Shown: piece after piece, positions 10,791-23,660 of the stretch | Position numbering within the stretch: the stretch's first letter is position 1 | Layout: each line of letters begins with the position of its first letter | Origin: Selaginella moellendorffii | Lineage: Eukaryota > Plantae > Lycopodiophyta | NCBI RefSeq assembly: GCF_000143415.4 | Contig: NW_003314291.1 | Coordinates: forward strand, 1,344,517 to 1,408,516 | Reading direction: 5' to 3' | DNA length: 64,000 nt | Made by a program: the position numbers and the translations under genes | The notes under the pieces: model-generated | What the model was told of the DNA's origin: nothing | The model's input: only the letters and a program-made list of their open reading frames with translations | The model's database searches: none

Positions 10791-11399
10791 GCTTATAATG
10801 GCGTGTGCCCTCATGCCATTTACTTGATCACCAAATACCTTTTTCCCTTTGCACTAGTATATCTTAATACCGGTCTGAGAAATAGAATGGCATGTGCCCT
10901 CAGGCCTTTTACTAAATCACCTTTGAAAGAAATGCAAGCCTCTATGTCGTAAAAAAAAGGTACTAGAGAAATTCCTTAATAATATGAATGTTATTTAGTT
11001 TCATGAAAATACACTAAGGGTGGTCAAATGAGTTAAATGACTTCTCCAGACTAGCAATGCCTCTTGCTACACCTTCACAATTAGATTCGTTAGAAAAAGA
11101 TAACATTGAATAATATTTAAATGTTCTCACCATTAAGTGATATGTCTGGCTAATAGGAATGACGTTCATCTTGGAAAGCTCACCACACGCTCAATGAACA
11201 AACAAATAGTGTGTGCGCGCATGCCATCGCTCTTCTTTAGCTTCAGATTCGGCTTGTTCACCTTGACAATGAGATTTATTATACAACCAGATGGACTCAG
11301 TCTGGACATAAAGTCACCGCGCTAGTCACCATGCCCCAGATATGTCTAGCCCCTAGACAAAAAACATATAATTTCACGTCATTTTCAAATACTTGAAAA

Positions 11400-12565
11400 T
11401 TTGTGCCTAGTCCCATTTTACTGAATAAATCCCACTTTAACGAAATAGAGCATTGTTGATGATGACATAGAAGAAAGTTGAATGAATCCTTACTTGACAA
11501 GAAAACCTATCATATATCAAATCATCAATAACAGTATCAGTGTTAGTTATCAATGTTAATATCATATTCCATAATTGCAAATTGGTATTCTCACATGCAA
11601 CCATCAATTTGTAATGTTTGTGTGTTGTCATCTCATCCTTCAATATCTTATCAACAATTATATGAAGTGATAACACTAATTATGTAGCAGTTGTGGCAAT
11701 GCTCAAGAAAACTATAAAAGCCCTTAAAAATGTCCTGACCCAAGAAAAAAAAGGCATATTAGGCGTCTTAGAATTAAACTCTCAATTTGTTTATTAATTC
11801 CCACTAAATCAAGAGTGAGATCTTCTATGGATTGGGTGATAGACTTCAACTTGAGGAAACTCCCCATCATTGATTTTGTTAATAGCCTAAAAAACCCATA
11901 TTCTACACTAGCTAATGCATTGTTTCCCATGGAGATGTTGTTCCTCACCATGAAGAAATAGTGGGTATGTGTCTATAATTTATTCTTGAATTTATTGTAC
12001 ATCCACACTTTCTACGCCCATTGTTAGGCAATCTAAGAAAATTTTGTAATGAAGACATTTGTCTTGTCCAAAAAAAAAGTAGTATATTAGACATTGAATA
12101 TAATAGCATTTTGTGCTTTTAAGTAGTCTTGCCATACCAAGAGCAAGATCTTGCAAAAACATTTGGCACTGCTCTTGAAGCATTTGAGGTAATCACTCTT
12201 TAGTAACAATATTCAAAATTTTGTATACAAGGAGCTTTAGTTTGACTTTATAAAAACCCTTGATAGAAAGAAGATTGTAATATGGTTATGGTGGAGATGA
12301 ATGTGGAATGTTGGTAAACCTTAGGGATGAAAGTAGAAATTAATATGAGATGTTAGGGACTTATAGACGAGTAGTAATGACTTTCCTTTGAGCCATTTCT
12401 ATATTAAATTTTTTAGGAGCGTAAGGATAATAAAAATACTATAATAACTAACTTTTTTGGCATTTATATATTAATTTTTAGTCTTGGGAATAAGGTTTAT
12501 TTATTATAACACTAATAATACTCAGATTCTTGAAATGTCAATCTCAGAAATTAGATTTCAAAATC
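11400..12565 (-). mobile_element. Unclassified degraded repeat, part A (second copy at about 26600-27590)
   Basis: Colinear similarity, e.g. gatgttgttcctcaccatgaag at about 11935 and 26896, and ctcagattctt at about 12521 and 27546. Confidence 0.7.
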
Positions 12566-14270
12566 AAGAAACTTTACCTCTTGTTGAGCAAAGTCACATT
12601 TGCCCTCTTTAGCATATAGCTTGTGTTCCTTTAGTTTTTCAAACACTTTCGTCAAGTGTTTGGCATGCTCCTTTAGCGTTTTGTTATAGATCAAAATGTC
12701 GTCAATATAAACGACCACAAAGTGATCCAGATAGGGTACAAAGATGTGGTTCATCAATGCCGAAAACGTTGCTAACGCATTGCATAGCTCAAAGGGCATC
12801 ACTAGAAACTCAAAGCTCCCATACCTTGTCCAATAGGTTCTTTTCTCGACATCTTCCTTTGCTACCCTGATTTGGTAGTATCCTGACCTTAGATCAATCC
12901 TCGAAAAGTATTTTTCCTTTTCCAATCTATCGAATAGGTCCTCAATCCTTAGCAAAGGGTATTTGTTCTTCTTTGTATACTTGTTGACCAATCGGTAGTC
13001 TATGCACATACGTATAGATCTATCTTTCTTTTTCACAAATAACACTAATGCCTCATATGTCAACTTAAACTTAACATACTTTTTGTCCACCAACTCTTCT
13101 AGTTGGCACTTGAGCTCCTCGAGTTCCTTTTCGTTTAAACGATGGGGTGGGCAAACCACCACCTTAGCACCCTCGACCAGCTCAATCTTATGTTTTATCG
13201 GTCGTGTGGGGGGAACCCCACCAGTAGCTCCTTCAACATGGTATCTTGGAATTAGTCCAACATCTGCTGGAACACTAAAGGTACTTTTCCCGTTCTCGTC
13301 TTTTTGTCACTCTTCACCGAGAGTACGCATAAAAATGTTGCCTTAGTTCCTTTAGTGAGTTGTCCTCTCATGGACACCAGGTTTAAGCAGAAGTCTTTGG
13401 CCTTACATTGCCCTACCTTTATATCCTGGGCCTCCACCCTAGATCGTTCTCCCCAGGCATTCGCCAGTACCACAAGGTTCCTACCTTGTCCATGCAAGGT
13501 TACTACGAACCGATTGAACTAATCCATCCTGAAGATTACATCAAATCCCGCCATGTCCAACACGGTGAAATTCATATCTACTTTCCATGTCCCTACTTCG
13601 ACTCTCGCTTATCGAAGTACCTCATCGGTGCTTTGGCTACCTTGAAAAAACTCTATAATTCTTGGTTCACCCAGCCACTGCACCGTTAGTCTGGCTTGCC
13701 GGACTATGTCTACAGCTACAAAATTATCTGAAGCACCCGTGTCAATAAGGATTTTAACAAAGCTACCTTCGATCTTCCCTCGGAGGGTTAGTAGATGTCG
13801 CAAATGACTCTCTACCAAAGTTGTTCGTATAATGAGTAACTTTGAGCTAGGGACTAGATCACGTACCTTAGTTTGGATTTCACCTGATTTAATGGCCATA
13901 TTGGCTATAGCCTTCTTCGGGTAGGGACATTCCCTTGAAAAGTGTCCCACTTCGTCGCAATTGTAGCATACGTTATTTTCCATGCTACTAGCTGACTTGA
14001 GCTTTTTATCCATGGGTTTGTCTCACTTCACTTGACTCACCCATGTACTTGTTCGCTAGCCACCAAATATGCCTTTCCAGAACCCCGAGGACTCATTCTT
14101 AGAGAAACTCTTCTTGAATTTCCCTTTGCTATATATTCCCCTTGATTTGGCCCCTTTGCTAAATGTGAACCCCAACCCCGTCATGTTCCCCTTTCGCAGA
14201 TTATCTAACAGCCCGGTATCAGTACCTCTACCCCCCCCCCCCCCGACACCACCCGAGTCTATGCTCACTC
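12565..14270 (-). mobile_element. Ty3/Gypsy fragment: gag zinc knuckle, protease, RT N-half (pseudogenised)
   Basis: CYNCDEVGHFSREC; LIDTGASDNF; [32 protein letters not shown]. Confidence 0.92.
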
Positions 14271-14271
14271 T

Positions 14272-15180
14272 AGGGATGGTCTAAAGTTGAGTTGAGCTCA
14301 ATTCAACACAAGTCAATGTAAGTCAATATAGTCAACTATAACTCTTCCAAAGAAAATCTATGTTAAAAAAATTAAGGTTCTGACAAACTTTAAAATATTA
14401 AAATATATGAATACCTAGGTCAAAAGTTCCTACTAGATTAAGTTATTTAGAAAATACTAAGTTCATGAGAACCTATCTATTTTCTTACTAAAGACTATCT
14501 TTACAACTATCATATTTTGATTTTCTTACAATTCATTAAAAATCCTAAATATGAATCAAGATAAATTTTTTGAAGGGTAGCCATTAATAGTGTATAATGG
14601 TAAGGCAATATATATTTACATACAATTCATTAATTCTAGAGTTCTTAAGTAAAATAAAATATCTGTAAGTAAGAGTTGTAGGCAAATCAATGTGAGAATA
14701 TTAATTTCCTTTCATTATCACAATCTTCATATTACACTTCTAGTCCTTATTAGAATGTAAAGACCATTATATAGTAATTCATATAAAAAACTCTACTTAC
14801 TTGCCTATAGCACAATCCTCCTATATGAGAAAACTAAGGTATATTTTTGGGATGAATCCCCACTAGCATTTTTTGAGAGTCATTTGTGAACAATAATAAT
14901 AGAAATCAAAATATTTTAAAAGACTCAAAAGTGATATCACATCAAAGAATCAAGTTTATCTACATTTCCAAGATTGAGAGGTAATCTCACATAAGAGAAT
15001 GCATGTGGGCCTGTGTGCTTGCATACTCTGCTACTATAATATAATTTATATTTCCTTGTGTATTTTTCTAGAAAGTTTAAGTGTAGAAAAAAATATATAT
15101 AGATGGTCATTAAAATGATAAATATTCTAGCATGTGTATCTAGAATTTTAGAAGCTCTTCTATTCATAAATAGACTATTG
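14272..15180 (+). mobile_element. Unclassified repeat, part B with terminus, inverted relative to the copy at 27590-28586
   Basis: gggatggtctaaagttgagttgagc at 14273 is the reverse complement of gctcaactcaactttagaccatccc at about 28560-28585. Similarity continues for about 900 bp. Confidence 0.75.
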
Positions 15181-16304
15181 GCTTACTATCAGCTATCTTT
15201 GGTAGTTAAGTTTCATCATTGAGTTTCCTTGATGATATACTTGCTATTGAATTTTGTTGGATGGTCAATCCTATGTTTCCAAAAATGATGATCTTGCTAG
15301 TTCCTATACTCTAATACTAGTTTATCGGATGATAACTTACTTGGAATACTTTTGTGTTCTAATCTAAGATTTCATCACTGATACTTAAGTCTCTAAGATA
15401 TCATCGTCTATGACTTTGATATTGTCCATCTATTGATCTTTAAGTTTGGGTCAGTATAGGCAGATTAGCTTCGGCACTTCGTGTGCATGGTGAAATCTTT
15501 AGTCATGGGGTAGTTAATGTCAACTGGTCACATCACCCACCTCTCTGTCGATGTTCCTTATTCCATTAAAAGGGCGTGACCGTGTAAACAACTCTAACTG
15601 CCTGTTTATAGTAGTCTATCTAAACCTTACCGATGGGTTTGGTTTCTTTGCTCATGAGGGTTGGGGCCTCTAGCTTCTCTCTCTATATCGCTGCAGGTAG
15701 GGGCATATCACACTTTTGTAAGCTAGGTGACAACCAGAGTAGCAAGGGTGGCTAACTCCGTTAATCATTACCTTGTCGGTGACGGCCGGAAGGTGTCTAA
15801 GCTAGTAGCGCATCCGCGTTAGACAAAGAGGTTATCTTTAACTCATTTAAGTTGGTGCATTTCTCACATAGTGTGAGTACCGTGAACTTTTTCTGGAGTT
15901 GTTTCCTTGGCGGTATTCTAGACTCGAGTATGCATTGATGAGGACGTCGATCTTCCCTAGGGCGCGAGAGTATCACAAATGTGACTTCAGGTATTGAAAT
16001 TTACTTATCGGCTAGTCCTTACGAACACTCTTACCTTATTGCCACGATGGCAGGAAGTCAATATTGTTGGACCCATTATCGGTTTCCCACTTGAGCTAGT
16101 TGAGAAACTGGTCAATGACCGTGTACTTAGATTGGATAAACATAAGGTAGGAACCCTATGTGTTTCTTGCTGATTATACTTGGCCTGGTTTGAGAAACTC
16201 TTGTCATTGGCTTGCATTTGCTAGTATCAAGAACCCCCACGATATTGAGATTGGTCCCTCAATATCGCTAGATGATAACTTACCGTGTCTACCAAACACC
16301 CTTG

Positions 16305-16962
16305 TGTGAGACACAAAATCCCTAGGCCCCAAAGTGGAGCCGGAAAGGGTGCCACGTGGTAGTGGCCAAAGCGAAAGCCAAACGAGCATAACACGTTTGG
16401 ACTAAAAGCTCCGACTTGGAAGGTCGAGAGCGGGAGTGGAACTCCCAACAAAGTGTTCGAGGAGCAAGCATGAGGCAACCAATAAGCAAGGCTCCAAAAA
16501 GGGACCCAAAAAGGACCAACACATGACACGTGGAAGTGTCCGAGATGGAGTCCGAGGCGGACCCGAGATGGAGTCCGAGATGGACCCGAAGTGGAGTCCG
16601 ATATGGAGTCCGAGATGGAGTCCAAGATGGAGTCCGAGATGGACCCGAAGTGGAGTCCGATATGGAGTCCGAGATGGAGTCTGAGATGGACCTGAAGTGG
16701 AGTCCGATATGGAGTCCGAGATGGACCCGAGATGGAGTCCGAGATGGACCCAAAGTGGAGTCCGATATGGAGTCCGAGATGGACCCGAGATGGAGTCCGA
16801 GATGGACTCAAGATGGACCCGAAATGGAGTCTGAGATGGAACCGAGACCGAGATGGACCCGAAATGGAGTCCGAGATGGACCCAAGATGGAGTCCGAGAT
16901 GGAGTCCGAGATGGACCCGAGATGGAGTCCGAAGTCGAGACCGAGACCGGGACCAAGACCGG

Positions 16963-16994
<32 letters not shown>

Positions 16995-17206
16995 TCAGGA
17001 CCGAGACCAAGACTGAGGCCAAGGCCGAGACCGAGCCCGAGCCCGAGTCTGAGTCCGGGTCCGAGTCAGAGTCCGAGTCCGAGTCCGAGTCCGAGTCCCA
17101 GTTCAAGTCTGAAATAGGACTTATAGAGGTTGTGAGTGAGACTCCTCCAAGTGGTTGGAGGTGTGGTTAAGTGACTAAAGTCGAATGGAAAATTTAGTTG
17201 CTTACA
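16305..17206 (+). mobile_element. Solo LTR (internally shortened) of the family at 48030-55862
   Basis: TGTGAG...CTTACA ends, flanks CCTTG/CCTCG (5-bp TSD with 1 mismatch), and the same GGAGTCCGAGAT/GAGTCC arrays in opposite orientation. Confidence 0.88.
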
Positions 17207-17929
17207 CCTCGCTATCATGCCCTTTGTGTTAGTTTCATTTCGGTCCCAAATGTTATTTATGGAAAGTGTCCAGATTTGCTCATTTGGCATATCTATGGAA
17301 TGTAGAAATCAGCCTGAACACAATGGTGTTTGTCTCGTGTCCAAATTCGCAATCTAGTGCCATTCCATATTTAGTAAGTTTCGAGCTTGTCCTAGAGACC
17401 AACTCCTGATACTAAGGGAGGCTTGGGGTGAAAGCCCAAAGCATGTGGTCCTCAAGGGGGGGGGCGCCTGTGGGGGGTTCCAAATGTATAGTAGGGATAG
17501 TGGGTAGGTTGGGCATGGCTGACTAATCTGAGGCATAGTCTAGCTCCCGCTTGCGTGCCTGTCCTTGTTCTGCGTCCAGCTTGGGTCTAAGCCCAAGTTC
17601 CAATCCATGTTAGCTGGTGGAGTACCTGCATTTGGCCACCGGTATGCCAAAATAGTGCCAGACTTCGTTTGGCTCCGTTTTGCATATTGGTCTTGGCATT
17701 GGGATGCTGGTTACTCCAGGACTGTTCCAAGTCGCTCCGGGCTCCTGTCCCTTCGCTCCTTGGGCTATATGCTCGGGAGTTACTCCGTGGTCCGGTTCTG
17801 TCACTCCTTGGCTCCATGCTTGGGAGTTTGGCACCGTTCCTTTCTTCAGTGGCCCAAGGCCCTGAACCTTGGGTTCCACACCACTGTCCTTTAGACACGT
17901 GGCATATGACACATGGCATGTGTCACATG

Positions 17930-18750
17930 GCATAAAGAGGGTTTAGGTTCTGCTTCATGGTGTTATCCTATAGTAAATCACCATAGAATAAAGTGTCAAA
18001 ACCACATGCACTACACCTCTTGATTCCTCAGCAACACTTATTGTGCTATACCATCATTCTCATATGCTGTCTACACATTATCCCAAAATGTTGCTGTTGC
18101 GCTAGATATCGCCAACTTCAAGCTTGCTTTTCGACTTAGAGCATCCGCCACGATATTACTCTTCCCAAGTTTATACAGAATCTTGCAATCAAACTTGGCC
18201 AAAGCATCAGCTTGTTTCCCTCTTAAGTCAGGCTGCAACAAAAAGTGTTTTTTTGTCATATTATCCGTGTAAACTTTAAAGTGCCTCCCAAGGTAGTGTT
18301 GCCACTCTTTGAGCACCTTGACCACCGCAAATAATTCCTTCTCATGGGTAAGCCATTTTCACTAAGCTTTGTTCAACTTCTTTGAGAAGAACGCCACTGG
18401 ATGGTTATCTTGCTTCAAAACTATGCCCAATGCAAAGTCCGAAGCATATGTTTCTACCTCAAAGTCCTTACCAAAGTCTAATAATACTAACACAGAGGGT
18501 CTTCCTCAACTTCCCTTTGAGGTGGACAAATGCCACTTTGCATTCTGCTGTCTATACCATCTTCCCTTTACTTGTTTGGTTTGTTAAGGGCAGGGCTACT
18601 CTCGAATAGTGTTTGATAAACTTTCGGTAGTAGTTGCATAACCCTAAAAATACCCTCAACTCATGTACATTCGATGGTCGCTCCCATTTTTAGATCACTT
18701 GGACCTTCTCAAGGTTCACCTTGAGCTTGTCCTTGCCCACCACACGCCCT
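17930..18750 (-). mobile_element. Ty3/Gypsy fragment: RT C-end, RNase H, start of integrase region
   Basis: GRVVGKD..FLGLCNYYRKFI; WQHYLGRHFKVYTDN; YKLGKSNIVADALSR. Confidence 0.88.
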
Positions 18751-18779
18751 CAATGGTAGATTGCACCTTCTAAACAAGA

Positions 18780-21315
18780 GCATGAGGCAAAAGCAAATAA
18801 GATTTGAATGTGGTAGCGTGAAAATGGCCATACAGACATAAGTTGCTTACCACAACTTGAGTTATGGTTAGCGTGGTGGGGAGTTAGGATATTCCAATGA
18901 GGACATCATTTTTTTCAGGTTGGTTTCTATTTTTTCTTCTCATTATATTACTTTTTAATATTGCCTTTTCCATTAGGATCAACCACTTGAGAACCTTGCA
19001 TACACCCCAACTGTGAATTTCTCCGAAAGTAAGCACTAGAATTAGTGTTCCTCTGAGGCAAAGAAAGGGAAGATGAGTTTATACAAAGTCTGTCTATTAA
19101 ATTTGATACATGCTATAGAGCAATCTTCAAAAGTACTGGCATTCAAGGAAGGAAGATACATGGGAACAAGGCCTTTTGTTAAGATGTTACATGATAGGAT
19201 GAAGAGAAAATTAACTCCACCTACCTGAACAGTGGCAATTACAGTTGAGGAAGTGGTCTGTGGCATATCTATGAAGTACATTCCCCGAGCTTCTATTGGT
19301 GATATGAAAACTGTCTGCTCAAAGCATCATTTTTCCTTTGCTAGTGAAAATGTGCTAGTGAAAATGCTACAAACCTTGGAGTGAAATGCTCTCACAGGCC
19401 TGATGTTAAGTACCATTTTGCTCCAAGACACTGCTTTCGGATTGAGCTACCTCAAGTGGTTGATGAAGAGAGTGCATCCCAATAGGTTGAAATTGCTTAT
19501 CATAATGTGGAGCCGAAGCAATGGGCAATCTGACATGTGCCAACAAAATTGAATGTAAGGTGTGTGGGGATGCTTCTAAGGGGAAAATGTTGGGCCTGGA
19601 TTTGTCGTGATAAATCTGCTTCTATTCCAGCCCCATGTTTCTATGGGGAACGAAAGCAAGTAGGATTTTCGAGATGGTGCTGCTATATTGTTGCAACACT
19701 GATGGCAACCATATGAAGCAGCTTGAAAATAGTATAATGACTAAACCTGATGTAATACCTAAAAAATGGCCGGTTGCTAATGGGGTCATGCTCACCTTAG
19801 ATGAGATTGAAAACCTTGAGAAATTTGGTTTCAATCTTGAGAGGAGAGTTGAAGACATGAGTAACAGAACTAGAACTATTCCTACAAAGATGCATAGGAG
19901 GCCAGCAAGAAAAGGTAAGGCAATTAAATGTATTGGTACTGTCTCTAAGTAGAAACAAGGTCCAAAAGTTTTCTGCAACTCGGCAATAGTAAGGCTTGCT
20001 TGATATATATGAATATCCACTTTAGGATCTTGGTGCAAGATGTTGATAAAGATATAATACATATGCTTGCAAGGAGCATATGCCTTCCCATGTTCCTTGT
20101 AGTTCGTAAAGTCTGGACATGTGCAAAAAGGAAAGTCTTGAATGGCAATTGTGTACTCTCCACCTTCTATTTTGACTATGTATTCCTTTGCAAGCATAGT
20201 GATGTACTTCGTGGAGAGAATCTCACACTCAAGTGTTTGAGCCAAGTTTATTTTATCTAATTAAATTTCTCCAATACTATCAATGTTTATTCTCTATCAA
20301 TAATATAAACTTATTATACTTTATATAATTAGTAAAAAGACATTTTTTCATTTCACTTTTCATTTTATATACTTCTAAGTGTTCTTTTCGCAATACTACC
20401 CATAGTACTCGTGTTTCTCCATTTTTGTCTTTACCATCTCAAAAAAGATTTCATGGTAATCTTTCGGATGCATGATGTTGCAATGTGTTGCGAGAACATA
20501 TATACTATCATACTGATCATCACCATTGTTTCCACCAAACATTAGAAAATATATAAAGCATTTCTTGAAAGTGGTAGAATTGCACTTTTCTAAAACAAGT
20601 AAAAGGGCATTTTTTTTCACCCAATTTGTTGCACCCTTTGTCATTGCATTTATCTCCAACTCATGATCACTATCCTCATTATCCTCTCTATCATTCTTTT
20701 ATGTGGTTTAGTTATGCTGTGCAATGGGATAATTATTGCATCTTTTAACCCTTGAACCCTAGGAAGAAAGATTGTGAAAGTTAAAATTACCAACACTAGA
20801 ACCTATACACATTTGTGTGTATTTCCCTTTTTTTGAAATAAGAGCGTAAATGAAGATCTATAAATTCTAGATAGTATGCTATGACAAACCCCTCAAAAAT
20901 GAAGAACCAAGTCTTTTTTTTATATGTAATAAGCTTACATCAATAGTTATTTTTTTTCCTTTCAAATGGTTATATGGCTTTACATAAAATCTTATTTCAA
21001 ATTTAATAGTTTTTTAATTCTGACAAACTTGACATTTACTAGCCAAAAAACATAGAGTATAGATTTAAGGAAGTGACAAGAATACTTTTTCTACAAACAT
21101 CTTATTTTATATTTTAATAAATATTTAAATTGTTAGAACAAGAAGTGTCCTTTAGAACATTTTAATCTATATAATATATAGAGAGTTATGAAATTATTAA
21201 GTTCGCCATAACCTTAATGTTTTAAAGTTTTTTAATGTTTATATTAAACGACAATTAAAACTTCAACTCAACTCACGAGCTCAACTCTTCAACTCGTGAG
21301 CTCAAGTATGGTCCA
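18780..21315 (+). mobile_element. Degraded SWIM zinc-finger-encoding (MULE-like) element with an internal inversion
   Basis: SWIM motif FCTCPDF..PCKHMYYIF at about 20050-20140 (-), degenerate ORF on + at 19200-19950, and AACTC/GAGCTC subterminal repeats at 21258-21315. Confidence 0.6.
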
Positions 21316-21319
21316 CGCT

Positions 21320-23660
21320 CACAAGTATTAATGGCTAAAGATGATATTCTTAATTGCTTTTCATACACCATTTAGTTTGTACGAGTTTTTAGTGATGCTA
21401 TTTGATTTGAACAATACTTTAACAACTTTCTAGTGTATGATGAATAAGGTTTTTTGTGATATGCCAGAAGTGACTATTGACTTCATCAATAATGTCTTGA
21501 TCCACTTAGAGGGGACATAGAAGGAACATATCCATGATGTTTATAAAATGTTGGATTGACTTCAGGAAGTTGGTTTAAAACTAAAGCAGTCAAAGTGCGT
21601 GTTTAGATCCAAGGACACAACTTATCTTGGGTACTATATTTTTCGTGAGAGTTTGCAAGTTAATCCTAACAAATTTATGGCTATTCTAAAGTTCCTTTCT
21701 TCGAAGTGTGTAAATGATGTGCAACACTTCTTAGGCAAGGTGCAGTATCTTGGTCGTTTGTTTGATCATCTTTTTGATTGCATTGCACCATTGCAAGCGT
21801 TGCTAAAGTCGTCAATGTCATTTTTCATCTAGTTTGCGGATTATGAGTGGGCATTTATAAATCTCAAAGAGCTGTTGATAAGTCCTTTGGTTTTGGCATA
21901 TTTTGACTACACTAAACCTTTCATTTTGTGTATACATGCTTTTAATATTGGTCTTGGAAGTATGTTAATGCAAAAGATCCTAAGTGTTCTTGGTCAACAC
22001 CATTCTATTGTATATATCAATAGTACATTACAACCAACGGAGGTGAACTACTCCAGAACAGAAAAAGAGTGTTTAATAGTAGTTTAGGGTTTCAAGAAAC
22101 TTCATATATATCTACATAGTTCTCAAATATTACTAAAAGGTGATCATGCTACAGTAAGCAAAAAAATATATAATTTTGACATTGTTCATCACCCAAGGAG
22201 TTCTATAGCTAATGTTGATGCCCTTTCTCAAGATCCTCTTCCTTCTTCACTCTCTTCTTATATTTTTGATGAGTTTGTTGTTCCAGCATTTGTGGATTTT
22301 TTAGACAAGGATTCCGTGCCATCAGTGGTTGCTGTATTTAATGTTTAATGTTCACAAGGTGTAGAGCAAGATTTACCTTCTCTTAACAAGGTTTGTAAGA
22401 CTAAAAAAATTGAGCTGTGGATTCAAAAGCTTCACAATGGGTTTGAGAATCCTTCATCACTTGTTAATAACTTGCCAGTTCAGCATTTACATTCTCAATA
22501 TTACTTTGAGGACAGTTTTCTTTATTTTGTAGGAATGGATCCTAATGATCATTTATGGTTGATGATGCCTTCAATCTTTATTCTACGCTTTTTACACACC
22601 TACCATGATTCTCTTATTCTAAGCAGGTATATGGGCATCGTTATATGATTGAGAAGCTACACAAGTTTTTCTATTAGCTAAAGATTTAATTGCAATTTTC
22701 TATCTATTTGAGTTGGTAGTGTTTGATCTGATGGGATCTTTTCCACAATCGATTGCTTGCAATGAGTATATCATTATTGCTTCTAACTACTTGACTCATT
22801 AGGTGGAAGTCAATGCTCTTGTTAGTGCATCTACTACTATTATTGGATACTTCCTTCTCAATCAAGTGAATTCTATCCAAAGCAAATTCTTTTGGATAAT
22901 ATTCTTGCATTTATGGCTGAGGTATTTCACCTTTTGACATCATGGTTAAGGATATGCCACACTCACTTTTATGAGTGCTTATTATCCACAGTCAAATGGT
23001 TTGGTGGAATGGCTTATTTGGACCTTCAAATGGATGATCACAAAGTACATGAACTTTCAGCATTCAGATTAGGATAGTTATTTATTATCTCTTCAGTATA
23101 TATATGTTACAAAAGTGCAAAGTTATGTTGGTGCTTCACCATATAAACTCATATATAGTCATGATCCAATACTACCAATAGAATTCATGATTGCCACGAG
23201 TTATCAATGCTAAGTCATGGGATCAATATTTGATAAACATTCTTCCATTTGTTCAAGCAAAGTTTGCCGAACAACTGGGCTGTGTATAAGTGGGACAACA
23301 ATGGCACTACAACTCCCATTATCGTCCACCTATGAAGTACAAAGTGGATGACTTAGTGTTAGTCCATTTTCTAAATCATACAATACGTGGTTTATCTAAA
23401 AGGCTCCTTGCTCAATAGAAAGGACTATATCATATATTGTAGTAAGTTGGACTACAAGGTTATGAGGTTCAGCATAACATCCAGCAGGCTAATCCTCCAG
23501 AAATTGTGTATATGCAATAGTTGAAACATTTCATATAAAGGGATTAGGAATAATTGGCACCACTTATATATCCACCGATGCTTCCTCCTAATGTTCCTCC
23601 AAATCCCAGCCCATCTACAAAAGAACCTTAATGGTCTTCCATCATTCTGAGAGGGGATGA
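21320..23660 (+). mobile_element. Degraded Ty3/Gypsy pol (RT-RNaseH-integrase) ending in a PPT
   Basis: LYEFLVM, HFLGKVQY, DYTKPFIL, NYSRTEKECL; polypurine gagagggga at about 23649. Confidence 0.8.

Larger units (their letters stand above)
990..11227. repeat. Dispersed 22-bp palindrome family ATGGCRTGWGGCCWCAYGCCAT (about 20 copies)
   Basis: Copies start near 990, 1181, 1322, 2794, 4071, 4131, 4208, 4987, 5122, 5281, 5360, 6217, 6289, 6904 (perfect ATGGCATGAGGCCTCATGCCAT), 7002, 7072, 8918, 8975, 10391, 10798, 10887 and 11206. Confidence 0.95.
1..11230. mobile_element. Large two-gene DNA transposon (left end outside window; right end not pinned down, about 11.2-11.4 kb)
   Basis: Transposase-like ORF plus a divergent accessory gene. 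The shared palindrome occurs from 990 to 11227 and I did not find it elsewhere in the window. No TIR or TSD identified. Confidence 0.65.

Noticed and set aside
990-11227. Palindromic repeats as a CRISPR array or bacterial REP elements
   Set aside because: Spacing is irregular (60 bp to over 1 kb), copies lie in spliceosomal introns, and there are no cas genes or bacterial gene structure.
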